A stretch of 64,000 nt of DNA from Lophium mytilinum (taxonomy: Eukaryota): the NCBI GenBank assembly GCA_010093605.1, contig MU004183.1, forward strand, positions 2,542,001 to 2,606,000, in the 5' to 3' direction. Below the pieces are notes generated by a model, which saw only the letters and a program-made list of their open reading frames with translations, was not told the origin of the DNA and did not search any database. Both the position numbers and the translations under genes were made by a program. Shown here piece after piece: positions 50,296-61,829 of this stretch; positions within the stretch are counted from its first letter, which is position 1; the number at the start of each line of letters is the position of its first letter.

Positions 50296-52558
50296 TGTGA
50301 GGCAGGCGAGGCGATGTGGTGATGGCGGACGACGGTGCTGAACGAGCTTCGCGCTGGGTTGTTGTGTTTGAAATAGAGAACACGTGGTGTGGGCGCGGAA
50401 GAAGTCGGCCCGTGGAGAAGGAAAGAGAAGATGAGTTGTCGCATTTCACCTTCACCCATTCACTGCCTGATCAGCCACAGGCCTGCTAGCTCCTGGTAAA
50501 ATCAGGTCTCGTACCAGAATTGATGATCACCTTGTTTGGTCTACAAGCGTCTTCTCAGGCTAATCAACTGGGCCTACCGATGTGTATCTAGCCAGCGGTT
50601 GGCCCCTAATCCCGTCCTTCACGGCCTTCTGTGCCTTGTCCACCATAGTCTTCATCCAGAGCCGAAGCATCATGCGAGTGAAGATGACTTGGAGGACGTG
50701 GCCGATTACTCGGTCGCCCTCCCGCAGAAGGTGAGATAGACAGCGACTGTTAGATGAGAGTTTGAGGCTGATGGGGGTTTGACACGCCCATGCCATATGG
50801 CCATTTGGCCGGAGGGTTAGTGGATCGTATGTGGTGGACTCTGATGTAGAGGCAGACGTCGTTCCTTAGACAAGTACTATTACTAGGTGTTAGTGGATGG
50901 AAAGGTAGGAGAGTGTCAACATAGATTAAATAAAGTAGGAGGTTGTGAACGGCGAGATAGACGAGCAGGTAAATGCGGGTTGACGAGCTACAAAAAACAG
51001 GAACGCCCTCATTGGGCCGTTCGATCTGCACCTACTTCGTCCTACTATATTTTCCAGCTGATAGAAAGCTATCTTGGCCGCGACACAACTTCCCCACGCA
51101 TTAAGTATATGAGGGCCCGCAAGAGAGCGGGATTCGGGAGCAGGCTGCGCATTGTCAGTGCTCCTACAACTCCTATTTCTCGTTCATCGGGGTTGTGCTC
51201 GATCTTGAGGTTTCTGCAGTTTTCTTGAGCATGCAGGTGAACTCACGAAGCATGATGTATGCGCAAGAATGGTGTTGATGAGATGAGACGAAAGGAACGA
51301 CGTTGGTGTCGCGCTCGGGCCACTCCGACATCGGAATTGGCCCTGCTAGACCCTTTGGGATTAGACCTGCCAAGGCCGCTCCTATTGTTTCGACTTCGCC
51401 TCCAACCACCACCATCCACCTTCGTTTCCCAGCATCTCGAACAAAGCGAGTGAAATCCCTTCATGCAGGGGGTATCCCTCCCACAGGCTCTCGATGCTGC
51501 TTAGCCTGCGGAAGTCCTTGGTTGCCAAATTCCCGTCTCCCCTGAGTTGTCCTACTTGTCCACGAAGCTTTGCTACAACGACTTCATTTCAGTTCGATCA
51601 TACTGGGCACCACGGGGAGACTACTTCGTGGAACGCTCGTCAAAATGGCGTTGTTTGTCTCTGGAAGGATGTCCTAGGGTCTATATGCTGGAAACTACTC
51701 TGCTGCGCCGCAGTGACGCTTTAAATATGCGATGGCAATGTGAGTCCGTCGCATCGACGCTCATTGTCCGGGAAATGCCTACTTCTACGCTAGGTCATTC
51801 GCTTGTATGGACCAAACCCGGTCGGCCTCCACCGCAGAAGTTTCTGTCCACCTCGTATCTTCACACGCAAGGACCAAGCTCTTGAATACCCAACATGCAT
51901 TTAGTATTGTTGCCACGTGCTGAAGTTATTTCCCTCTTTTAAAGATTGATGAGGTTCTAAGTTGCGGCGTCGTCGTGGCCGCACGCCTTCTGCCCCCTTC
52001 ATTGTTAATACCTTTGTCCAGCGACGATCACCAACGAGCGGGGATGCTAGCCAATGTTTGCCAAAATTTCCTTTTCCAATAGACTATGCCGTCGAAGGCG
52101 CAACTAGCACATCCCAGCATTTCTAGTCCGATGCTGGCGTATTATAAATGACCTATGGAAGCAACCCTGACTTCGCTGCCAAAACGGGTAAAGTCATCAC
52201 TGAACAACGAAGCGTCTCCATCCAATCTTTATTTTGAGCTCTTCTCTTCATTCCCTCATTCATTTCCTAGGACCCTTTTGCCATTTCACTTTCTTGATGC
52301 GTCTCATGATGCAAGGACTTGCAATTTTGAACCCCGTTCCGCACCCGACAAAGTCCGGGCATGACCGCGATACTACGGTAGTCTATATTGAAGACACGAA
52401 GCATCGAAATGGCGTTAGTATCACGACAGGTGGCTTGGGTGAGTGTCCAGTGCGATTGCCCTCGCCAACGCTATGACTCCTCACGTCTTTCGACCGCCCC
52501 CAAGCACCACACTCGTACGAAGACATCGACTTCATCAACACTCTTACTTCCACGAAAC

Positions 52559-53318
52559 ATGCAGCATGCGTTTAACTATCAAGCACTAAGATAAGAGGCA
52601 GAGCGTATCGAAGCAGCTACGGAGCAGTTCAGCAAAGCTTTCGAATCAGATCCGACCATCGCATACTGTCTCGCAAACCTCACAAGGGAGCAACGCGATA
52701 ATTGCCGGCCACGAGTTATCAGCGCTATCATCACGGCCGCTATATTGAATGCCGGCACAATCGATGAAGTCAATGGTTGGAAATGCTGCGGTGCCGTCTT
52801 GACCCCGGGCCATATGATGGACGACATTATGAGCCTAATTCGGGCTGGTATGCCTGCTGCAATGTGGTCCATGGGTTTCAAAGGCTGCTATGTGAGTGAA
52901 GGGCTCCCAAGAACCTCGTCGCAACCCTCGCTCATGGTTTCATTTTCAGCGTGCGATAATGGAGATGGGACCGTTGTCAATGGCCTGCAAAGAAAAGGTA
53001 TTACCAGGCAAAGGGAAATGCTACTATATCCTATACGTTGCCACTGCTCCCTCCGGTCGACGCCAAGGACTCTGCTCCGCACTAGTCAAGAACTACCAAC
53101 AGCTAGCAGAGCGGGATAAGGTACCCATATACCTAGAGGCTACCTCTAAGTACTCCTGCTGCCTATACCAGAAGCTTGGATTTTCGGTCGTGGACGAAAT
53201 GATAGTTGGAAAAGGAAAACACGCGGCGGATGGGAGGCTCGAAGGCGGCGGCCCAGGTGTCAAAATATGGGGCATGATCTGGAGACCAGAAATTCGCGCG
53301 AAAGAATGGATTTATTGA
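52559..53318 (+). pseudogene. GNAT acetyltransferase with premature TAA at codon 12
   Basis: MQHAFNYQALR*EAERI...KAFESDP..., intron 52892-52949, then YYILYVATAPSGRRQGLCSALV...PIYLEAT...LYQKLGF...WGMIWRP (GNAT motifs A and B). Confidence 0.75.
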
Positions 53319-53367
53319 AAGTGCTACATGACGATACTTCGAAGCCAGTTCGAACTCGTTGCAAATA

Positions 53368-55182
53368 CTACCGCGCCCAATACCCCATCCTCTTCACAGG
53401 ACTTTTTATCACCTGCATCCCTCCACCCGACCTGGTCACATCAACAGAAGGACGCTTTTGAGCCCGTACCGTTGGATCGAATTTCCCGGGCTGAGACTGC
53501 AGCTGAGCCCGCTTCCCATTGCTGGGTGCTCTCGTCAACGTGGTTGTTGATTGTGGTTCTTCGCGTGGGGTTGGAGGCAGCGGACGCGATGTCGATGCAG
53601 CTGCTTGATGAGTCGGGCTGGGTGAGCCTATACCATCTTTCACGAAGTCTGGCTGGCAGGATACCTCGCTTTTCAAAATCGTGGTGAAATATTCGTACCC
53701 TTCGCCGGAAGAGCTTCCAGACTTTACCAAAGCCGGCGATATCACCAAAGTAACTTCGCGGGAGCCGCTGTTCTGATCGATCTCTTCGTATACTTCCATG
53801 GATTCCGGATCTAGCTCAGTCGGATACCCTACTTTGGAGTACGGCATGGCAGGATGCCAAAATGCCCTTTGTTTCCACATATCGGCGTCAAGATGTACAG
53901 CTTTTCGCAGAATCGCCTTCAGTTCATCTCCAAAGATCTGATCAAGCGACTCGCCGTTTGTAGCCCACGGGGATACGACTTCCCGGATCTTCATGACTAT
54001 CGAAGGGATAAACATGTCGAAACACTTGTCCTTGTTGGATCCTTGATTGCGCTCGACAAGGATTGTGGTATTGGCTCGCCATGAGAAGTAGTCCTTGACA
54101 TACCCCTCCACAACTGGATTGAGTCTTGGGATGCTTTTCATGTTCCGAATCCCTTCATGAATCAGTCTATTTTCTCTACGGTGGTGTTCTCTCTTACCTG
54201 GCCTTAGTCGCGAAGTCAGTTCCTGGAGCGATTTCTGATCATCAGCTGCCCAGCACACGCCCTGACTAGGCTGGCCCTTGACAGGAACTTGGCTAGTTGG
54301 TGCGAATATCTCCACACGTAGGATTGTCCATATGTAAGCCTGGATCAACATTGGCCGGTGCTCCTCGGACTTCAAGTATGATTTCCAGTACTTTGACAAT
54401 CCAGTCAGCTCAGCCCTTATGAATTGATTGCCTTTCCATTTGGCGAATGAGCCTAGCTTTCCGCTGAAGTGTTGATTTGCCCAACCTCTGATCCGATACC
54501 GCAGTTCCTGCCATACGGAGATGAAGTGCTGGTCCTCGATTGTATGAGTAACAGTCGCTTTGGTTTGAGCTAGATGTGCTGCTGTTTCCCTCCACTCCTG
54601 GCGGAGGCTCTCATTCTGAGCTTTGAGTCGTTGGATTTCCTCGTCCTTTTCTTTCTTTTCATCCTCGCACAACGCTAGGGCCGTTGCTAACTCCTGTTGG
54701 GTAGGTGGATGTTTAGGCTTAGATGCGCCAACCTGTCGTCGCTGAATACCCGAGCCGGAAGTAGATCCGGTAATCTTTCCGGAAACCTCATTCTGAGGCA
54801 TGTCACTGTCGGATGCTGCAGTCGTAACTTGCTCGTACGACTTCGGTTTGTATACTGGGTCTGACTGCTGGTCGTAGATCAAGTTTTGGAGCGGATTCAC
54901 AGATTTGATTGGTGATGATCGTCCTCGAACGATGATACTATCGCTATTCTTTCTGGCAGGCGTAGGGTATGGCGATGTTGTTACAAGAGTACTGGCGGAT
55001 GAGAATTTGGTGTCGTTACGAGGCAGCTCAGGTCTCTTCATTGGTACTTCTATCAACAGGAGATCAGTCTTTGTTCGGGTCACCAACGCAAAAGTATAGG
55101 TATTCTTCTTACCATACTCATTGTATATTGCAATACTCGATTGCGCGTTGGCTTCAGCGCTGGTAACGACCTGGGTAGCCAT
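53368..55182 (-). CDS. coiled-coil protein with helical domain and GrpE-like C-terminal beta domain
   Basis: 604-codon ORF with two probable in-frame introns (55050-55112, 54153-54197). Disordered N-terminus, coiled coil, WQELRYRIRGWA, LIQAYIW..L...IF, WRANT, then LDPESME...VTLVISPALVKSG...ILKSEV. Confidence 0.8.
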   Translation of the reverse strand: MATQVVTSAEANAQSSIAIYNEYGKKNTYTFALVTRTKTDLLLIEVPMKRPELPRNDTKFSSASTLVTTSPYPTPARKNSDSIIVRGRSSPIKSVNPLQNLIYDQQSDPVYKPKSYEQVTTAASDSDMPQNEVSGKITGSTSGSGIQRRQVGASKPKHPPTQQELATALALCEDEKKEKDEEIQRLKAQNESLRQEWRETAAHLAQTKATVTHTIEDQHFISVWQELRYRIRGWANQHFSGKLGSFAKWKGNQFIRAELTGLSKYWKSYLKSEEHRPMLIQAYIWTILRVEIFAPTSQVPVKGQPSQGVCWAADDQKSLQELTSRLRPGKREHHRRENRLIHEGIRNMKSIPRLNPVVEGYVKDYFSWRANTTILVERNQGSNKDKCFDMFIPSIVMKIREVVSPWATNGESLDQIFGDELKAILRKAVHLDADMWKQRAFWHPAMPYSKVGYPTELDPESMEVYEEIDQNSGSREVTLVISPALVKSGSSSGEGYEYFTTILKSEVSCQPDFVKDGIGSPSPTHQAAASTSRPLPPTPREEPQSTTTLTRAPSNGKRAQLQSQPGKFDPTVRAQKRPSVDVTRSGGGMQVIKSPVKRMGYWAR

Positions 55183-55458
55183 TCTTACACGTAGATTCTA
55201 GAGTGTCTAGGAAACACGCAGTGGGAAGTGGATGGATGAACGATATCGACTCGGAATGCTCCATGCGGCTCTGCATTTACTATTGGCTACCTGGATACGG
55301 CTGGTGGCTGTGATCTAGAAGCTGATGCCTATCAGCGGGACATGGTGATAATGCAAGGCTGAGCAAAAGCAATGTTCTCGGCCCCCACAAAGTTTCACCG
55401 GAACAGCAGACCCATGATACATATACGCCCCGTTTCCCAGCAGCCTTCTACATACCGA

Positions 55459-56599
55459 CTAAAACACGCCAACCAGCGGGAGAATTGCGAATACCAAGTT
55501 GACGGTCAAGCCCAGAAAAGAAGCAAACATGGCGATCTTGTCTGCACCCGGCCGCTTTTTCACAGCCGGGTCGTCGTGCACACCCACCTCCACCTCACGC
55601 TTGGTCTCCCAACCAACACGTCTCTTCAGCTTCTCCCGCCTCCGCTTATGCACCACCACTTCGGCTGCAGCACGATCCCGCTCTCTCCGCAGCCCCGAGA
55701 CTCTAGAATCGTTTCCGGCGACGGCGCGGCGCGCAAGTTCTCTTTCCAATTCGTCAGCCTCGCGGGTCGCCTGATGTAGTTTCACTTCCACTGATGAAGC
55801 CACCAGCTTGCCTGCAGACGTCTCCTCCAGGGACTGGTTACCTTCAACGAGTTCTACCTGGATGTCAAGGGTGACGGGCTGCTTGCCGAGCAGTCGAAGC
55901 ACAATGCTCTCAGCCATCTCGTGGCTGCCGTCGAACATCCCAATGTAGGACCCTTTCTCTTCCATCATGTTCCAGTAGTCTTGCCGGAGCTCCTGGTCTC
56001 GCTCGTAACCCACAGCCTCGTCCTTCAGCTGATCCCACATGGTGGTGAGCAGCACAACGTTCTGGAAAGCGTGCTCGCCGCATAGCCGTTGGAACATCTT
56101 GAAGTAGCGATATGCGTTGCCTTGCATCTTATTGTCAGTGATCCGGTGAAGGTAGATGATGCCTTTGAGTTCGATGCCAAGAATGTATTGCAATGCCAGG
56201 AACCGGGAGATCTCGTCGAGGATTTCACCATCTGGCCTAGCTGAGTCGTCGAATCCCGGAGTATCAACCAGAGCTACCTCTGGACCATGAGCATCACCGA
56301 TCGTTGCTTTGACGATTTCTGGACGCTGCGTCTCTAGATATTTCATCAGCATGCTTTTTCCGCACTGAAGTAGTGCGGGTGTGTGGATACTTACGAGACT
56401 TCAATCCCGGACCCTCCTGTACCATTCCCTCCGCCAGCTTGTTGATAAAGAAGCTCTTCCCCACCCCAGTCACTCCCATCACCAGTATCATCGATTGTGG
56501 CTCCGGTGGCTCGTCCGCTGCGTATGTGTCGTACTTTTCGTGCGCTTGAAACCCCTCGTTTCGATCGTACGGATCGTACCTCGCGTATGATGTATACAT
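55459..56599 (-). CDS. P-loop GTPase (MMR_HSR1/AIG1-like G domain) with coiled coil and C-terminal transmembrane anchor, about 359 aa
   Basis: ATG 56599 and intron 56334-56394. G1 GVTGVGKS, G2 Thr (SQT), G3 LVDTPGFDD, IIYLHRITD, G4-like TTMWD. Tail IAMFASFLGLTVNLVFAILPLVGVF. Confidence 0.9.
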
Positions 56600-57438
56600 C
56601 TTTAAGGAGTGGAGATTTTGAGTCTTGTGTGGACATGAGAGATGAAGACGAAAACGATCCAACGAGTATCGCGATTTGAGCAGGAAGATACGGCACGATT
56701 GTAACTCTCTTGTGGAGCTTGGAGATATAGCACTTCGCCCATGTCCAAGAAGACTCTTAGATACCCGAGAACTCAGCCTTATTCGAGAACGTAAGCTGAG
56801 CACAAACGCCGAGATAGGCCGCAGACCTCAGGCGACTAGAGCCCATGCAACCGTATGCAGAGGTGTGAAGGTGGCTCTCATGCATACATTTCAGCGCCTA
56901 ATGTTAGACGGATAACTCCACTCGTGCATGAAGTGGCTCCAGGCTTCACCACCTCGCGGAGGGCCTCCGTCCAACCTCAGCGTCTGAACCACAGCCTTGT
57001 GCGCCACCAGACGGGGTGGTAAGAAAGGAGAAACCCGCAATCCATCCATGATTCAGCCTTTCCAATGCTGGTGGGATGATGGCTGAATCTAGAATCGACC
57101 CTGTCCATTGATATGCTTTCTTGCAGCTTCCGTCTCGTTGGGGCGCTGCATGCATGCGCTGATGCCTTTGGCCTGGTGGTCAAGCCTAGAAAGAGATTAC
57201 GAGACGAAGCGAACAGACTCAGCCCGGATAACAAACGAGGTAGCCATCCGGTGAGATGGTGGGGGGCGGAATGTGGATCAACATCGCGCAAGGCTGAGCT
57301 CATGGCATGAAGGAGCTCCTCTCCCGAGCCTCCCCATCATTTCCAGGAAGCCCTCTTCCCTCCTATCAGGCCATTCAAACACTCATTTACATCACCATCA
57401 CTTGCTTCGGAAGCCATCACGTCCCTGTCTGGTTCAAC
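56600..57438. promoter_or_regulatory. putative bidirectional promoter between the GTPase and Hsp70-like genes
   Basis: 839 bp between divergent start codons. Inferred from geometry only; no binding site identified. Confidence 0.45.
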
Positions 57439-59707
57439 ATGGGAGACTGCTTGTACATAGGCATCGACTTTGGCACCACGTTCGTCACACATACCTCTCT
57501 TGTTAGCGAGATATTAACGCCACGTAGATTTTCAGGCGTAGCATGGGCCTTCTCCCGGCGTCCAGAAGACATCAGAATCGTAACCCGCTGGCGCGCCGAC
57601 CTCGCGCATAACGTCGACGATGCCAAAGCGCCCACGGAGCTGGTCTACGGGGCCGGCAAATCACTCCTGAGTTGGGGATACGATATCAACTCGACTCAGA
57701 CTCCTCTCCGATGGTTCAAGCTACTTCTCGCCGATCCGAAAGACCTGGACGCTGATGTGCAAAACTCCCCTCAGCTCAAGCAGGCCAAAGAGATGCTTAG
57801 CGTGCGGAGCATCAGCGCCGTTGACGCAGCAGCTGACTACCTGCGAGAGCTATGGAAGCATACGATTGCGGAAATGGAGCGGGAGTTTGGGAAACAGGCG
57901 GTCAAGGGTCTGCCGTTCAAGGTCGCGGTCACATTTCCAGCCATTTGGAAGCTTGATGCGCGTCGGAGGACGGAAGAGGCCGTACGCAAGGCTGGAATCC
58001 TCGACTCCCGGCTTTGCGGCGCCACCACTCTGGTGCTTGTTCCTGAGCCTGAGGCGGCTGCATTGTCAACATTAGCGGAGTTCAAGGGGAGACCAGGCGT
58101 CCGGGTGAGAATGCCTGTCTGCCAAAAGTTTCGCAAGTCAAGGAAAGACTGACACATGACAGCCTGGAGATGTCTTTGTGGTTTGCGATGCAGGTGGTGG
58201 AACTGTAGTATGTGCCATAGCGTCGCTTATGTGAATGCACTCAAGATCGCTGACGGACATTAGGATCTCACTAGCTATAAGGTGCAGATGACGGATCCAG
58301 CAGTAGTTGTGAAAGAGTCTGTGGAGCCAGATGGTACGTGGACACTTCGATATGTCCACGAATGAATATATTGACAGGCCTTTCGCCAGGGAAAATGTGC
58401 GGTGCTATTTTTGTAGATCAGGAGTTTCAGAACTTCCTCCGAGGCACACTCTCTCCAAGAAAATACGACAAAATGACACCGACTCAGCTAAAGAAAGTCA
58501 TGAACGACGAATGGGAGCATGGCGTCAAACGCGGATTTGATGACTCGGAAAAGGAGTGGGAGGTGCGGCTTCCAGCAGATGCAGTCAAAGGTGGACTTTT
58601 TGCGGGAAGACGTGAGAGGGAGAGTCGAGCTGGATTGAAATTGGGGAGGTCCGTACTTCATACCTTTATTACTGATCATCTGCAGTACTGACATGACCAA
58701 ACCTTGAAGGGGCCACGTCCGAGGTATCTTTCAGCCTGTAATGAATCAGATTCGCGGCCTTGTTAAGAAGCAAGTCGATGAAATCCGAAGTAAGGAGGGA
58801 AAGAAACCCAAGGTACCCGTTCTCTTCGCAAACGGGGTCCCAATGGCTGACTTCATTCAGTGCATAATGCTTGTGGGCGGGTTTGGACGATGCTCTTACC
58901 TGTACAAAGTTTTCAAGGCTGAGTACAGTAACCAAGATATCGAGATCCTGCAATCCAGTGGGAACAACCCGTAAGAATCTGACTCTGCGCGTGTTTCTTT
59001 TCTACATCCTAATAAAGATACAGATGGACAGCAATCTGCCGAGGCGCTGTCATGAAAGCGCAAAGTTCAACCGGCCAGGCTGGCCCCGTCAGCATCACCT
59101 CCCGCGTCTCAAAGTGCAACTATGGACTAGCATGTTATGAACCATTCAAAGAAGTGCGTAAATCATCAACCGCTATCCCTCTGTTCTCGTTTGGTACTGA
59201 TTCCATACAAGGGCTACCATAATCCCATTGACAAAATCTTTCTCCACACCGAGGGTGGGTATTTTGCCGACAATCAAATGCGATGGTATTTGCGGAGAGT
59301 AAGATATATAACTCCTGCAGCCTTGTTTGCGCTCGTCACCAATGAACTAACATTTGGGCTAGGGCATGGACATCGAAATTCAGCAACCCCTTCGGTTCAG
59401 CTTCTATAATCTCTATCAGTATGCGTCGGAACTCCCGCAGAATCAGCTTCCTGTTTCTATCTTGTACTCCGAGACTCGGAGTGCTACGAATCGGAAGGAG
59501 ACCGAGGTGGCACGCCTCTGTGAGATCAGGATACGGCTAGAAACGCCGTTCGATACCCTGCCTCTGTTCTTCAATAAGCAGGGAATTGAGTATAGAAAGA
59601 TGAGTTATGATGTCGAGATGACGAGTCAAGGCGGTTTGCTGAAATTCAGCGCATATATCAATGGCCGGCGGCAGGGAGAGCAGAATGTTGAAGTCAAGTA
59701 CGAGTAG
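57439..59707 (+). CDS. atypical Hsp70-family ATPase (HSPA12-like), 10 exons, about 588 aa
   Basis: Motifs IGIDFGTT|FSGVAWA, WFKLLL, TFPAIW, PEPEAAAL, VVCDAGGGTV|DL, CGAIFVD, LVGGFG.CSYL, WTAICRGAV. GT-AG introns 57480-57527, 58105-58162, 58208-58263, 58334-58389, 58649-58709, 58813-58860, 58971-59023, 59154-59211 and 59299-59362 keep one frame. Confidence 0.93.
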
Positions 59708-59913
59708 AAGGGTGGGGCGTGTAACTGGTTAGAGGCTGTAATAATGCAAGTTTCCGAAGGCCGTGATGCTCATTGGATGGTGAAGTGTGATACCGTTTGC
59801 TTCTTCCTGTACGATGTAACACAGACGCGACCTATTGTCGTCTTCCCCCACTCGCCTTGCTAATCTCCTTCGTGCTCCTTCTCACCAGGCCCAGGACGCA
59901 GATTTCCTGCAAC

Positions 59914-61000
59914 ATGAGCCACAAACGCTCGCTGGAAGAATTTCTTGCATTCTTTCCGGTCCAGAACGAAGCTTCTAGCAGGTGATTGCTCGTTCCCTCC
60001 TAGATTTGCATACACCTAACGCTTCTAGCATGCCAAACTCCGATGGTGATCTTAGGGTGCAGCCAGACGAAGCAACCCTCGATCATGACACCAACTTGTA
60101 TGGAGACAACCACTCCCTTCATCTGCTTTGACATCTTTCATGCTAACATAGGGCTTAGGAAGTTGCTGAAGCAAGCGTACGCTGCCGACCGACATGCCTC
60201 CCTCGAAATCGCACGAAATATTCGAGACTACCTACCTCGCGAAATCCGCGACCAAGTTTACGAGTCACTCATGCCTGACCGAGTGAGCTTAACCTTGGAC
60301 GACCAAATAATGCAACGCAATGACCAGACCACACGAGAGAGCCTGGCGAGAAGGATGGGTCAACGGTGCTTCTACCCTGCGTACGTTGGCGAAGAGATCG
60401 CTAGCGAGGCCCTGCAAACTTTCTACAATGTGGTTGAGCTCGAGTTCAGCACCCAAGCCCAAATGTGGGGTACTATACATAACGACGTCTTTGGACTAGG
60501 TGTTGTACCTGCAGACCATGTCAGACGGATTCGACTGCTTCCTGGCTGTGGATTGCAAATTCAAGTAGCACCGAGAACTTGATTGAAAAATCCCATTATT
60601 ATCGCCTACCCTTTATGGCATCGTGATTTCCTACTAGACGAGCTTGCGAAGCCTTCCACGCTCCTCCGGCATAGTAGGACGCTTCAAGCATCCGGAAGTT
60701 GCAGATTACCTTAGTGCAAACCCTCAGTAATCTGCCGCGATCCCGTGTGAGGTATCCTTCGCGTGTACCATTTGAGCTACTCGGCCAAGGATTCAAGATC
60801 ACGCTTTTCTGGCAGCCAGAAGGTTGGAATTGCGACATAAACATCATCTCTTGTCCCGCTGAGCCATCGGATGAAGATCGATCTTATCTTCCAATAGCCC
60901 ACAAGCCCAGGCAAAATGTAGGAGACGCACTTTAGCACCGTATTAGGATGCACGATTATCACCATGTTTACAAGATGCTGTGGGACGGGAGGGCAGATTG
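59914..61000 (+). pseudogene. frameshifted paralog of the 47034-48692 gene
   Basis: Same intron position (HDTNL|KLLKQAY) and LPREIRDQVY...FYPAYVG..IASEAL..FY...DVFGLG. Stop at 60582; further homologous blocks (FELLGQGFKITL; RIRMHDYHHVYKM) lie in other frames. Confidence 0.7.
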
Positions 61001-61083
61001 GAGGCCGTCTAAGGTTAATGATGCGAAATGGGAGCAATTCTGCAATGGCCTCGTCCTGGCAGAGATACTAAAGATGCGGTAAG

Positions 61084-61829
61084 CAGGGCTGCCGTTCAGT
61101 CGGTTGATTAATCAGTTGAGTTGAATCAATTGACAGTTTTATTAATTAATTCAATTAATTAGCTATCTAAGAAAAGGTTTAATTAATTAATATAAAGAGG
61201 CCTAAGTAGTTAAACTAATTAATTAATTAATAGTATAAAGTTATATAAGTTTTAGTATTATTAGAGGCCTAGAGGTCTATAATACTTAGCCTTCTATTAG
61301 TTAGCTAACTAACTAGCTATAATACTATACTTACTATACTTAGCCTTACTATTCTTATACTTACTATTCTTATACTTACTATCTATATACTTACTATCTT
61401 TTATATACTTTCTATTTTATATAGCCTTAATTTATTACTAAAATATAGAGTTTTTATAATAGCTTCTATAAAATAGCACTACTACTACTATTCTTATTAC
61501 TATCGCCCCTATACTTATCGCCGCCGCCATCCTTATTACTACCGCTATTCTTATTGCCGCTATGCCTTCTACTACACGCGGCTGCTGTACTTAACATTCT
61601 TAGTATTATAATGCACGCCGTACTAACCCTTCTATTACTACTGCCGCTATAAATAAATATAATATTCCTCTATATTCTACCTACTTTTCTATAAATATAT
61701 CTACTAATAATAATATAGCCCTTTAAGAATCTAATACTAGTGCTAATACTAATACTACTACTATATAGAAGGCGCACTAGTAATAGTAGTAGAAGGTAGC
61801 TATATAGATTAACTATACTATAATATATA
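61084..61829. mobile_element. probable terminus of a RIP-mutated DNA transposon (CAGGG-start TIR, hAT-like), interrupted by LTR element C
   Basis: Composition switches just after CAGGGCTGCCGTTCAGTCGGTTG at 61084, followed by clustered GTTGA/TCAA subterminal repeats. The other end is not in the window. Confidence 0.4.
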
